64,000 nucleotides of DNA from Jiangellales bacterium (GCA_035462375.1 DATHUJ010000057.1:114-64113), one strand, 5' to 3'. Positions 8,864 to 19,927 are shown, counted from the stretch's first letter. The notes: generated by a model from the letters alone, not told the origin. Translations and numbers: made by a program.

Positions 8864-9273
8864 GACCCGCCGCGGCTCAGGACGCCCTTGGTCTCGGCCA
8901 GGCTGGCCTTGGTGCGCTCCGGCGGGGAGACCTTGCGCAGCTGCGAGCGGCCGACGAGCACGAGCACGAGCGCGACGAGGAGGTAGACACCCGCCACCAC
9001 GAGGAAGGCCAGCGCCGGGTGCAGGCCGGCGGCCACCAGCCCGTAGGCGGCCGCGATCGACAACAGGATGAAGGCCACGACGCCGAGGAAGCCGGCAGCG
9101 CCGAACATCCCGGCGCCCCTGCCGGCCGCGGCGGCGCTGTCCTTCAGCTCGGCCTTGGCCAGCTCCACCTCACCGCGGACCACCGCGGCGAACTCCCGCT
9201 GTGCCTGCACGACGAGCTGACCCACGGTGGGTTCGCCCGCTGCCGTCGTCACGGTCGGCTGCTCGCTCATCAA
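8860..9273 (-). CDS. phage holin family (Holin-X/DUF1469-like) membrane protein
   Basis: An amphipathic N-terminus (ELAKAELKDSAAAAGRGAGMFGAA) is followed by two TM helices. Its stop overlaps the downstream GTG (GTGA). Confidence 0.7.
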   Translation of the reverse strand: MMSEQPTVTTAAGEPTVGQLVVQAQREFAAVVRGEVELAKAELKDSAAAAGRGAGMFGAAGFLGVVAFILLSIAAAYGLVAAGLHPALAFLVVAGVYLLVALVLVLVGRSQLRKVSPPERTKASLAETKGVLSRGGS

Positions 9274-9330
9274 GGGTCTCCCTCAGGGCTCCGGGACCCC
9301 GCCGACCCTACCGGCGGGCTGTCCGTGCTC

Positions 9331-10674
9331 CTATGCCCGCCGCGGTGGTGTCTCACGCGGTGGGCCGCCCGGAGGCGGCGGGTCGGTGACGCCGGGCCGC
9401 TGGTAGACGTCCGGGATGCCGTCGAGGTCGTCGTCGCGCTCGTCCTCGTCACGGATCCGCCGGTAGACCGTGTTGCGCATGCGCAGGATCACGGTCGCTC
9501 CGAGCGCGGCGATCAGGGACGCCACCAGGACCGAGGCCTTGGCCAGGTCGGTGGGTCCGTTGTCTCCCCGGAAGGCCAGGTCGCTGATCAGCAGCGAGAC
9601 CGTGAAGCCGATCCCGGCGAGCATGGACAGGCCCAGCACGTCGCCCCACGTCAGGTCGGGGTTGAGCTGGGCCCGGGTGAAGCGGAAGGTCAGGTAGGAG
9701 CCGCCGAAGATCCCGATCGTCTTGCCCGCGACCAGCCCGAGCACGATGCCCAGCCCTACCGGCTCGGTGAAGACGGCCGCGAGCTCCTCGCGCGACACGG
9801 GCACACCGGCCGCGAACAGGGCGAACAGCGGCACGCACACGGCCGCCGAGAAGGGCTGCACCCGGTGCTCCAGCGTCTCCGCCGGGGAGTGGTCCTCGCC
9901 CTCGTCGTGCACGACCCGGGTGAGCAGCCCGACCGCGATGCCGGCCACGGTGGCGTGCACACCGCTCGCGTGGACCAGTGCCCAGACCGCCAGGCCGATG
10001 GGCAGGTAGATCCACCACCCGCGGACTCGCCGGGACTGCAGCACGGCGTAGACGGCGAGCAACCCGACCGCGGCCGCGAGCGGCACGATCTCCAGGTCGC
10101 TGGTGAAGAAGATGGCGATGATGATGATCGCGAGCAGGTCGTCGACCACGGCCAGGGTCAGCAGGAAGGCCCGCAACGCGGTCGGCAGGGCCGATCCGAT
10201 GACGGCGAGCACGGCGAGCGCGAAGGCGATGTCGGTCGCAGTCGGGATCGCCCAGCCGCGCAGGTCGCCCCCGCTCAGGTTGACCGCCACGTAGATGGCG
10301 GCCGGCACGGCCATGCCGCAGACGGCGGCCACGACGGGCAGGGCCGCCGCCGCCGGGTTGGACAACGAGCCGACGACCAGCTCGCGCTTCAGCTCGAGCC
10401 CCGCGACGAGGAAGAACACCGCCAGCAGGCCGTCGGCGGTCCAGTGCGCCAGGTCGAGGTCGAGGTGCAGCGCGCCGGGGCCGAAGGTCAGCTCCGAGAG
10501 CTCCCGGTAGGAGTCGGCGAAGGCGCTGTTGGCCCACACCAGCGCCACCACCGTGGCGGCCAGCATGAGCAGGCCGCCGGTGGTCTCGTTGCGGAGGAAG
10601 CCGGTGAGCGTGGTCCGCTCGGTGACCGGCAGCCGGACCAGGAACCCGCCGTGACGGCTCTCGTCGTGACTCAC
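9331..10674 (-). CDS. nhaA: Na+/H+ antiporter NhaA
   Basis: It reads ...WANSAFADSY...HWTADGLLAVFFLVAGLELKRE...WAIPTATDIAFALAVL...VVDDLLAIIIIA. Start set at GTG 10674, 5 nt after GGAGG; an alternative GTG is at 10680. Confidence 0.9.
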   Translation of the reverse strand: MSHDESRHGGFLVRLPVTERTTLTGFLRNETTGGLLMLAATVVALVWANSAFADSYRELSELTFGPGALHLDLDLAHWTADGLLAVFFLVAGLELKRELVVGSLSNPAAAALPVVAAVCGMAVPAAIYVAVNLSGGDLRGWAIPTATDIAFALAVLAVIGSALPTALRAFLLTLAVVDDLLAIIIIAIFFTSDLEIVPLAAAVGLLAVYAVLQSRRVRGWWIYLPIGLAVWALVHASGVHATVAGIAVGLLTRVVHDEGEDHSPAETLEHRVQPFSAAVCVPLFALFAAGVPVSREELAAVFTEPVGLGIVLGLVAGKTIGIFGGSYLTFRFTRAQLNPDLTWGDVLGLSMLAGIGFTVSLLISDLAFRGDNGPTDLAKASVLVASLIAALGATVILRMRNTVYRRIRDEDERDDDLDGIPDVYQRPGVTDPPPPGGPPRETPPRRA

Positions 10675-10803
10675 GCTCACCTCCGGTCGTCTCGCCGAGC
10701 CGACCCGCCGGCCCTGGAGCCCGGAGGCCCCGGCCGGCCCCAGGCTACCTGCGCCGTGCGCCTCCACCGGAACGGCCTGCGCCCGCTCCAGTACGGGCTG
10801 TGG

Positions 10804-11376
10804 TCACCCTCCGCGGTCGTCGACCAGGTCCGATGGCACCACGTCGACGGCGTACGGGCGGCTGAGCCGGGCCCCGTCGCCGCCGGTGACCCGGGCCACC
10901 TCCTCGTACCCGCCGTCCGGGGCCAGCTCCCAGGCCGTGAGCGACGGCTCGCCTGGGTCGACCACCCAGTACGACGGGGTGCCGGCGGCCCGGAAGCGGT
11001 CGCGCTTGACCGTGATGTCGATCCGCCGGGTGCTCGGCGAGAGGACCTCGACGGCGAGCACCGGAGCCCCGGACAGCTCACGCTCGGTGAAGTCCGAGCG
11101 CCGCGCCACCAGGAGATCGGGCAGGAGCACGGTGTCCGCACCCAGCACGACGTCGAAGGGCGCGACGACGACCTCGAGGTCGCTCGGGCAGGCGTCGTCG
11201 AGCAGCCGGGCCAGGCGGAAGGCCGCCCGCTGGTGGGACAGCCGTGGCGCGGGGCTCACCAGCAGGCTTCCGTCGAGCAGCTCGTAGCGGTGCCCGTCAT
11301 CGGGCATGCGGTCGAGGTCGTCGCGCACGAGCGGCCGCCCCCAGGGCAGCCCGGTCGCCGCGGTCATGGTCGCCAT
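10804..11376 (-). CDS. Uma2 family (DUF820) putative endonuclease
   Basis: It reads YELLDGSLLVSPAP...LAVEVLSPSTRRIDITVKRDRF...YWVVDP, the characteristic PD-(D/E)XK-like pattern. Confidence 0.8.
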   Translation of the reverse strand: MATMTAATGLPWGRPLVRDDLDRMPDDGHRYELLDGSLLVSPAPRLSHQRAAFRLARLLDDACPSDLEVVVAPFDVVLGADTVLLPDLLVARRSDFTERELSGAPVLAVEVLSPSTRRIDITVKRDRFRAAGTPSYWVVDPGEPSLTAWELAPDGGYEEVARVTGGDGARLSRPYAVDVVPSDLVDDRGG

Positions 11377-11472
11377 GGTGCCCCCTCCGGTCCATGGCCG
11401 ACCATCCTGGACGCGACGGGGCCATCGCCGCGGACGTCCTCCACAGCGGCGGCCCGCCCGTACGGGAGGTGG

Positions 11473-13449
<1,977 letters not shown>

Positions 13450-13574
13450 GTGGTCGACTCCTGTGTCGTCGGGTCGGGGTCGAGGGCGCTGCCCGCTGCG
13501 CACTACCCCACCACCGCTCGTACGGGCCGGACAAGGGGCAGGGGTGCGCGGGGGTTGGAGCTCGGGGTGGGCAG

Positions 13575-15188
13575 TCAGTGCGAGACCGCCTTCTCGCTCC
13601 CGGCGCCGGTGAGCGAGCGGACCTCCATCTCGGCGTACTTGGCCTTGTCGAACTCCTTGGAGGTGACTGCGCCGATGAAGCCGAGCAGGAAGCCGGCGGG
13701 GATGGAGACCAGGCCGGGGTTGTCGAGCGGGAACCAGGAGAAGTCCACGTCCTGCAGCATCGACGGGCTGCGCCCGGTGACCGGGTCGACCGGCTTGCCG
13801 GAGACCACGGGGGAGAACACGATCAGGGTGACGGCCGTGACCAGGCCGCCGTAGATGCTCCAGACGGCGCCGCGGGTGTTGAAACGCTTCCAGAACAGCG
13901 AGTAGAGCAGCACCGGCAGGTTGGCGCTCGCGGCCACCGCGAAGGCGAGGGCGACCAGGAAGGCGATGTTCTGGCCGTTGGCGAGGATGCCGCCGACGAT
14001 GGACACCAGCCCGATCACCACGGCGGTGATCCGCGCGACCTTGACCTCGTCGTTGGGGCTGACGTCGCCCTTCTTGATGACGCTGGCGTAAACGTCGTGG
14101 GCGAAGGACGCGGCCGCGGTGATGGTCAGCCCGGCGACGACTGCGAGGATCGTCGCGAAGGCGACCGCGGCGATGACGCCGAGCAGCAGGGTCCCACCAA
14201 GCTCGAAGGCCAGCAGTGGCGCCGCGGCGTTGGCCCCGCCGGGCGCGGTCTTGATCACGTCGGGGCCGACGATCGCGCCGGCGCCGTAGCCCAGGACCAG
14301 GGTGAAGAGGTAGAAGAGGCCGATCAGCCCGATCGCCCACGTCACCGACCGGCGCGCCTCCTTGGCATTGGGCACGGTGTAGAAGCGCATGAGCACGTGC
14401 GGCAGACCGGCGGTGCCGAGCACGAGGGCCATCGAGAGCGAGATGAAGTCCAGCTTGGACAGCCCCGACGCGCCGTAGCGGCCCATCGGGTCGAGCAACG
14501 CCGCGCCGGCCTCGCCCGCCTGGGTGACCGCGTCGCCCATGAGCGCCGAGGGGTTGAAGCCGTACATCGCGAGGACCCAGACGGTCATGATCCCGGCCCC
14601 GGCGATGAGCAGGACGGCCTTGATGATCTGGACCCAGGTGGTCCCCTTCATGCCGCCGACGAGGACGTAGAAGATCATGATCGCGCCGACCACGACGATG
14701 ACGACGCTCTGCAGCGCGCGGTCGGTGATCCCCATGAGGAGCGCGACCAGGCCGCCGGCTCCGGCCATCTGGGCCAGCAGGTAGAAGAACGAGACCGCGA
14801 GGGTCGACGTGGCTGCCGCCGTACGGACCGGGCGCTGGCGCATCCGGAAGGACAGGACGTCGGCCATGGTGAAGCGCCCGGTGTTGCGCAGCAGCTCGGC
14901 GACGAGCAGGAGCGCTACGAGCCACGCGACCAGGAAGCCGATCGAGTAGAGGAAGCCGTCGTAGCCGTACAGGGCGATGGCGCCGGCGATGCCGAGGAAC
15001 GAGGCGGCGGAGAGGTAGTCGCCGGCGATGGCGACGCCGTTCTGCGGACCGCTGAAGGCGCGGCCGGCCGCGTAGTAGTCGGCGGCGCTGCGGTTCTGCC
15101 GCGACGCGCGCATGACGATGACCAGCGTGCCCACCACGAAGAGCCCGAAGATCGCCATGTTGACGAGCGGGCTGCCGATGTCGGTCAC
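13575..15188 (-). CDS. actP: cation/acetate symporter (SSS family)
   Basis: It is a 537-aa polytopic protein reading [26 protein letters not shown]...[11 protein letters not shown]. It sits in a DUF485-actP-acs context. Confidence 0.9.
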   Translation of the reverse strand: MTDIGSPLVNMAIFGLFVVGTLVIVMRASRQNRSAADYYAAGRAFSGPQNGVAIAGDYLSAASFLGIAGAIALYGYDGFLYSIGFLVAWLVALLLVAELLRNTGRFTMADVLSFRMRQRPVRTAAATSTLAVSFFYLLAQMAGAGGLVALLMGITDRALQSVVIVVVGAIMIFYVLVGGMKGTTWVQIIKAVLLIAGAGIMTVWVLAMYGFNPSALMGDAVTQAGEAGAALLDPMGRYGASGLSKLDFISLSMALVLGTAGLPHVLMRFYTVPNAKEARRSVTWAIGLIGLFYLFTLVLGYGAGAIVGPDVIKTAPGGANAAAPLLAFELGGTLLLGVIAAVAFATILAVVAGLTITAAASFAHDVYASVIKKGDVSPNDEVKVARITAVVIGLVSIVGGILANGQNIAFLVALAFAVAASANLPVLLYSLFWKRFNTRGAVWSIYGGLVTAVTLIVFSPVVSGKPVDPVTGRSPSMLQDVDFSWFPLDNPGLVSIPAGFLLGFIGAVTSKEFDKAKYAEMEVRSLTGAGSEKAVSH

Positions 15189-15541
15189 GGGTGCTCCCCC
15201 TCCAGCTCGTGGCGCAGTCGCTCCGCCAGCGGGTCAAGGCTGCGGTCGGCGTGCCGGATGTACAGCCAGGTGATCAGGAACGTCGAGGCGAACTGCCCGA
15301 GGCCCAGGAGGAGCCCGACGTTGATGTTGCCGAAGACCTTCGTGCTCATGAGGTCCACCGCGTAGGTCGACAGCAGCACGTAGGCGAAGTACCAGGCGAG
15401 GAAGGCCGCGGTCATCGGGAACGCGAAGGCCCGGAAGCGGCGCCGGAGCTCGGCGAACTCCGGGCTCGCCTGCACCCTCTCGTACTCGTCCGCGCTGGGG
15501 CCGTGGTGGCCCCGGCGGGTCGTGTGGTCCAGCGTGGTCAT
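15185..15541 (-). CDS. DUF485 membrane protein (symporter accessory subunit)
   Basis: It reads MTTLDH...[27 protein letters not shown]...[26 protein letters not shown] Shine-Dalgarno sequence precedes it, and its stop overlaps the actP start. Confidence 0.85.
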   Translation of the reverse strand: MTTLDHTTRRGHHGPSADEYERVQASPEFAELRRRFRAFAFPMTAAFLAWYFAYVLLSTYAVDLMSTKVFGNINVGLLLGLGQFASTFLITWLYIRHADRSLDPLAERLRHELEGEHP

Positions 15542-15584
15542 GAGTACTCCTCGGCGGGCGGCGGGGCCGCAGCGGCCCGGGTGG

Positions 15585-15598
15585 GTGACGCGCGTCAC
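15585..15598. promoter_or_regulatory. perfect palindrome GTGACGCGCGTCAC (GTGA-N6-TCAC), CRP-type site upstream of DUF485-actP-acs
   Basis: Read directly from the sequence. It is centred about 50 nt upstream of the DUF485 start, and a TAGCGT (-10-like TANNNT) overlaps its upstream edge on the minus strand. Confidence 0.5.
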
Positions 15599-15733
15599 GC
15601 TAGGAGCGGGTCGGGGCCCCCGGGAGGGGTGCGGGCACCTGCTGCGATCAGCGGGCCCGACGCCGCGATCGCCGGGAGAGCGGGGTGCGACGAGCGGTCG
15701 CCCTCGCGCGATGAGCGGCCACCGCCTCCCCAC

Positions 15734-15815
15734 TGATCACGGCAGCCGCGTAAGTGGTGGCCGAGCCAGGGGAATTCGCCGCGGCGCGCACCCATCTACG
15801 CGGCTGCCGTGATCA
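15734..15815 (-). repeat. 19-bp perfect inverted repeat TGATCACGGCAGCCGCGTA / TACGCGGCTGCCGTGATCA with 44-nt spacer; terminator/insulator-like
   Basis: Arms at 15734-15752 and 15797-15815. It starts 15 nt downstream of the stop of the symporter at 15830..17584. It generates the mirrored small ORFs in the track (HLRGCRD on both strands). Confidence 0.6.
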
Positions 15816-15829
15816 TTGGGGCCACGCGG

Positions 15830-17584
15830 TCAGCGGGGGCGGCGCTCGGGGTGCCAGTCACCCCGGTCCACGTCGAGCACCTCGGGGGCGTGCAGGCGCA
15901 CCATCGTCCGGGCGACGCCGGGGGCCACCCGACGGGGCGTGGCCAGCGACACCGCCACCATCACCAGGAAGGCGGTGGGCAGCGTCCAGGCCGCCGGCTG
16001 CGCCAGCAGGGCGCCCGGCAGCCCGTCCAGCGGGCCCGCCACGATCGTCACCAGGACCGCCGCCGTCGCCAGGCCGCCCCCCGTGGCGAGCCCGGCCAGC
16101 GCCCCCACGTCGGTCAGCCGCCGCCACCAGATGCCGAGCAGCAGCAGCGGGCAGAAGGACGACGCCGCGACCGCGAAGGCCAGCCCGACCACGTCGGCCA
16201 CCCCCAGCCGCTGGCCGAGGAGCGCCAGCCCGAAGGGCACCAGCACCGCCACCACCGTCGCCACCCGGAAGGCCCGTACGCTCGCGGCCGACGCCCTGGA
16301 CCATGGCCGCAGCAGGTCCTGGGTGAGGACGCCGGCCACCGACACGGTCAGCCCCGACGACGTGGACAGGAACGCCGCGAAGGCTCCCGCCGTCACCAGG
16401 GCCCCGAGGAGCTCGCCGCCGATACCGTCGACCATCCGCCCCGGCAGGACCAGGACGACGGCGTCCGTACGGCCGGTGAGCAGCAGGTCCGGGGCGTAGA
16501 GCCGGCCCAGCACCCCGTACACGGTCGGCCACAGGTAGAACAGCCCCAGCAGGACCAGCACGACCAGGGTCGTCCGGCGGGCGGCGCGGCCGTCCGGGTT
16601 GGTGTAGAAGCGCACGAGCACGTGCGGGAGCCCCATCGTGCCGAAGAAGAGCGCGAGCACCAGCGAGTACGTCGCGTAGAGCGAGTAGTCGCGGCCACCC
16701 TCCAGCGGCAGCGCCCAGGTGTCACCGGTGACCGGTGTGAGCCGGTCGACGTGCGGTACCGGCGCCCCGGCCGGGAAGGTCAGCACGGCACCCTCGGCGA
16801 TGTCGTGCACCCCCGCCTCCAGCACCAGCGGTCCGCTCACCTGCTCGCCGTCCACGGAGCCCTCCGCCTGCAGCACCACCGGCTCCACCACCTCGACCGT
16901 CACGTCGAGCGTCACCTCGACCCGGGTCGTCTCGGGGAAGGCGGGCACGTCCCCTCGTACGGCGGGGGCACCGTCGGCCTGCCAGGCGAGCAGCAGGAAC
17001 ACCACCGGGACGGCGATGGCCGTGAGCTTGAGCCAGTACTGGAACGCCTGGACGAAGGTGATGCTGCGCATGCCGCCCGACAGGACGTTCACCAGGACGA
17101 CGACCGCGACGAGCGCGGCCCCCGCCCAGACGGGGGCCCCGGTGACGGTCCGCAGAGTCAGTCCTGCGGCCTGGAACTGCGGCAGGAGGTAGAGCCAGCC
17201 GATGAGGACCACGAGGACGCTCGCCAGCCGCCGTACGGCGAGGGACTCCAGCCGCGCCTCCGCGAAGTCGGGAAGCGTGTACGCGCCGGAGCGGCGGAGC
17301 GGGGCGGCCACGAACACGAGCAGCACCAGGTACCCGGCGGTGTAACCCACCGGGAACCACAGCATGTCCGAGCCGTACGCGAGCACCAGGCCGGCGACCC
17401 CCAGGAACGAGGCCGCCGACAGGTACTCGCCGCCGATGGCCGAGGCGTTCCACCACGGCGTCACGGTCCGCGAGGCGACGTAGAAGTCGCTCGTCGTCCG
17501 GGCGATCCGCAGGCCGTAGGCGCCGATGAGCACAGTCGCCAGTGCCGTCGCGGCGACGGCAGCCAGGGCCAGCGACCTGTTCAC
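15830..17584 (-). CDS. sodium:solute symporter family transporter (ActP/MctC-like) with expanded extracytoplasmic loop
   Basis: It reads [25 protein letters not shown]...GLPHVLVRFYT. GTG 17584 overlaps the stop of the preceding small gene (GTGA). Confidence 0.85.
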   Translation of the reverse strand: MNRSLALAAVAATALATVLIGAYGLRIARTTSDFYVASRTVTPWWNASAIGGEYLSAASFLGVAGLVLAYGSDMLWFPVGYTAGYLVLLVFVAAPLRRSGAYTLPDFAEARLESLAVRRLASVLVVLIGWLYLLPQFQAAGLTLRTVTGAPVWAGAALVAVVVLVNVLSGGMRSITFVQAFQYWLKLTAIAVPVVFLLLAWQADGAPAVRGDVPAFPETTRVEVTLDVTVEVVEPVVLQAEGSVDGEQVSGPLVLEAGVHDIAEGAVLTFPAGAPVPHVDRLTPVTGDTWALPLEGGRDYSLYATYSLVLALFFGTMGLPHVLVRFYTNPDGRAARRTTLVVLVLLGLFYLWPTVYGVLGRLYAPDLLLTGRTDAVVLVLPGRMVDGIGGELLGALVTAGAFAAFLSTSSGLTVSVAGVLTQDLLRPWSRASAASVRAFRVATVVAVLVPFGLALLGQRLGVADVVGLAFAVAASSFCPLLLLGIWWRRLTDVGALAGLATGGGLATAAVLVTIVAGPLDGLPGALLAQPAAWTLPTAFLVMVAVSLATPRRVAPGVARTMVRLHAPEVLDVDRGDWHPERRPR

Positions 17585-17910
17585 CGGCGCTGGACCAGCT
17601 CGGTGAAGTCGCGCTCGACCCGCTCGGCCTGGCGAACGTAGAGCCAGGCGGTGCCGACGAGGACCGGGTAGACGAGCACGCCGAGCAGGACCCACGACAA
17701 CGGGACGCCGAAGAGCTCGACGTCACGGACCGACGGCGCGACGAGGAAGAGCAGCGGCAGGGCGCCGAAGAGGCCGAGCACCGTGCCGGCCGTGAGCAGC
17801 CCCAGCCGCAGCTGGGCCCGGACCAGCGAGCGCATGTAGACCTCGCCCAGCCGGGTCTGCTCGTCGATCTCGCGCGTGGCCTCCCGGTGACGCGCGCGGG
17901 AAGCGCGCAT
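17581..17910 (-). CDS. small two-TM membrane protein, DUF485-like symporter partner
   Basis: It has two hydrophobic helices and a WLYVRQAERVERDF tail that resembles the DUF485 tail [12 protein letters not shown]. The start is ambiguous between ATG 17910 and GTG 17955, which lies 2 nt after the regulator stop. Confidence 0.55.
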   Translation of the reverse strand: MRASRARHREATREIDEQTRLGEVYMRSLVRAQLRLGLLTAGTVLGLFGALPLLFLVAPSVRDVELFGVPLSWVLLGVLVYPVLVGTAWLYVRQAERVERDFTELVQRR

Positions 17911-17957
17911 CCGGGGGCTCGTGACGACGACGCGCCGCTGCTCCCGGTCGGGCACGG

Positions 17958-18749
17958 TCAGCCGCCGCCCTGGCGTCCAGGCCGGGCCCGGCGGACCAGC
18001 AGGTCGCGCAGCTCCCGGGTGTGCCGGCGGCTCACGGCCAGTGTCTCGCCACCCACCCGGACGGTGCAGCGGCCGCCGTCGATGCGCAGCTCCTCGATGT
18101 ACGCGAGCGACACCAGGTGGCTGCGGTGGATACGGACGAAGCCCGCCGGGCCCCACTGCTCCTCGAGCGTCGCCAGCGGCACCCGGACGAGGTGGGTTCC
18201 GTCGGGGGTGTGGAGGCGTGCATAGTCCCCCTGCGCCTCGACGAAGCGGACGTCGCTGCGGTTGACGAACCGCGTGACCCCGCCGAGCTCGACGGGGATG
18301 GTCTCGTCCGGCCCCTCTTCCGGTTCGTCGTCCGGCGACGGTGCCCCCGCCGCCTCGACGACCCGCCGGACCGCCTCGGCCAGCCGCTCCGCCCGTACGG
18401 GCTTCATGACGTAGTCGACCGCGTGCAGGTCGAAGGCGTCGACGGCGTGGTCGTCGTATGCGGTGACGAACACGACCGGGGGCGGCTGCCGGAAGCGGGC
18501 GAGCACGCGGGCGAGGTCAAGGCCCGTGAGCCCGGGCATCCGGATGTCGAGGAAGAGCGCGTCGACGTGCTCTTCCTGCAGGATCCGCAGGGCGGTGGCG
18601 CCGTCGCCGGCCGTACGGACGCGGCCGACGCGCGGGTCGCGGCCCAGGAGGTAGGCCAGCTCCGACAGGGCGGGTGGCTCGTCGTCGACGGCAAGGACGG
18701 CGAGAGCCTCTGGGCCGGACGTGGCGGGGCCGGACCGGGGGCCGGTCAC
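17958..18749 (-). CDS. LytR/AlgR-family response regulator (REC + LytTR)
   Basis: It reads LAVDDEP...DALFLDIRMPG...MKP, then a LytTR region (FVEAQGDYARLHT...FVRIHRSHLV). GTG 18749 overlaps the kinase stop (GTGA). Confidence 0.9.
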   Translation of the reverse strand: MTGPRSGPATSGPEALAVLAVDDEPPALSELAYLLGRDPRVGRVRTAGDGATALRILQEEHVDALFLDIRMPGLTGLDLARVLARFRQPPPVVFVTAYDDHAVDAFDLHAVDYVMKPVRAERLAEAVRRVVEAAGAPSPDDEPEEGPDETIPVELGGVTRFVNRSDVRFVEAQGDYARLHTPDGTHLVRVPLATLEEQWGPAGFVRIHRSHLVSLAYIEELRIDGGRCTVRVGGETLAVSRRHTRELRDLLVRRARPGRQGGG

Positions 18750-19927
18750 GCGTGAACCCCCGAGCGGTACTTCGGCACCCGCATGCTCACCTTCGTCCCC
18801 GCTCCCGGCGCCGTCTCCACGACCAGGCCGTAGCCGTCCCCGAAGACGGCCCGGAGCCGCTCGTCGACGTTGCCCAGCCCGACGCTGTCGCCGGACGGCT
18901 CGCCGGCGAGCGTACGCCGGACGACCTCCGGGTCCATGCCGACGCCGTCGTCCTCCACCGAGATCGCGCACTCGTTGCCGGCGTCGTCGGCAACGATGCT
19001 GACGTGCCCTGGGCCGGGTCGTCCCTCCAGGCCGTGCTGGACGGCATTCTCGACCAGCGGCTGCAGGCAGAGGAACGGTACGGCGACGGGCAGCACCTCC
19101 GGCGCCACCCGCAGGGTCACCTGCAGCCGGTCGCCGAAGCGGGCCTTCTCCAGCAAGAGGTAGCGCTCGATCGACCGGAGCTCCTCGGCCAGCGTGGTGA
19201 AGTCGCCGTGCCGCCGGAACGAGTAGCGCGTGAAGTCGGCGAACTCGAGCAGCAGCTCGCGGGCGTGCTCGGGGTCCGTGCGCACGTACGAGGCGATGGC
19301 GGTCAAGGAGTTGTAGACGAAGTGCGGCGAGATCTGCGCCCGCAGGGCGCGCACCTCGGCCTCCATCAGCCGGGCCCGCTGCTGGTCCACCTCGGCGAGC
19401 TCGAGCTGCCCGGAGACGAAGAGCGCGACCTCCTCGACGGCACGCACGAGGCCCGCCGACGGCCGGGCGATGGTGTAGGCGGCGACGGCGCCGACCACGC
19501 GTTCCTCGGTGGTCAGCGGGGCGACCACGGCGTGCCGGATCGGGCAGTCCGGCTCGGCGCAGGCGACGGCGTCCTGGCCGAGGACGACCGTGCGGCCGCC
19601 CTCGACCGCGGACCGGGCGTGACCGGGCACGCCGGGGCCGTGCGCCGGCCCGGCACCGTCCCAGGCCAGGCACCGCTCGCCGTCGGTGAGCGCGACCGCG
19701 CGCGTGCCCAGCAGCGCCCGCAGGTGCCGGATCGCCCGCTCGGCGCTGGCCTCCGTGAGGCCGGCGCGGAGCGCGGGCGAGGCCTGCGAGGCGGTGTGCA
19801 GGGTGCGGTACGTGACCTGGTCCGCGGGGGTGCCGAGGTCGCGCCGCGACCGCGCCAGCCGCGAGAGCCCGTACGCGCCGACGGCGACGAGGGCCAGCAG
19901 CGCCGCCGCCGTCAGCACCTCCTGCAT
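18746..19927 (-). CDS. LytS-type sensor histidine kinase (single TM + GAF-like + His_kinase/HATPase)
   Basis: It has an ISPHFVYNSLTAI H-box, LQPLVENAVQHG and DDGVGMD...GLGNV. Start set at MQEVLTAAALLALV (19927). Confidence 0.85.
   Translation of the reverse strand: MQEVLTAAALLALVAVGAYGLSRLARSRRDLGTPADQVTYRTLHTASQASPALRAGLTEASAERAIRHLRALLGTRAVALTDGERCLAWDGAGPAHGPGVPGHARSAVEGGRTVVLGQDAVACAEPDCPIRHAVVAPLTTEERVVGAVAAYTIARPSAGLVRAVEEVALFVSGQLELAEVDQQRARLMEAEVRALRAQISPHFVYNSLTAIASYVRTDPEHARELLLEFADFTRYSFRRHGDFTTLAEELRSIERYLLLEKARFGDRLQVTLRVAPEVLPVAVPFLCLQPLVENAVQHGLEGRPGPGHVSIVADDAGNECAISVEDDGVGMDPEVVRRTLAGEPSGDSVGLGNVDERLRAVFGDGYGLVVETAPGAGTKVSMRVPKYRSGVHA

Noticed and set aside
7937-9273. Prophage remnant suggested by the 'phage holin family' protein
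   Set aside because: The Holin-X/DUF1469 name is only a family label. The gene is GTGA-coupled to a conserved hydrolase in a conserved chromosomal position, with no lysin, tail or capsid genes.
13450-15237. N-terminal 596 residues of the 1254-aa ORF that contains acs
   Set aside because: This part overlaps actP and DUF485 in a different frame and is compositionally aberrant. Acs homology starts at [11 protein letters not shown] (GTG 13449), which has its own Shine-Dalgarno sequence.
15522-15812. Mirrored small ORFs (96 aa plus, 66 aa minus) in the symporter intergenic region
   Set aside because: They are generated by the 19-bp inverted repeat. They have no Shine-Dalgarno sequence and an Arg/Gly/Pro-rich composition.
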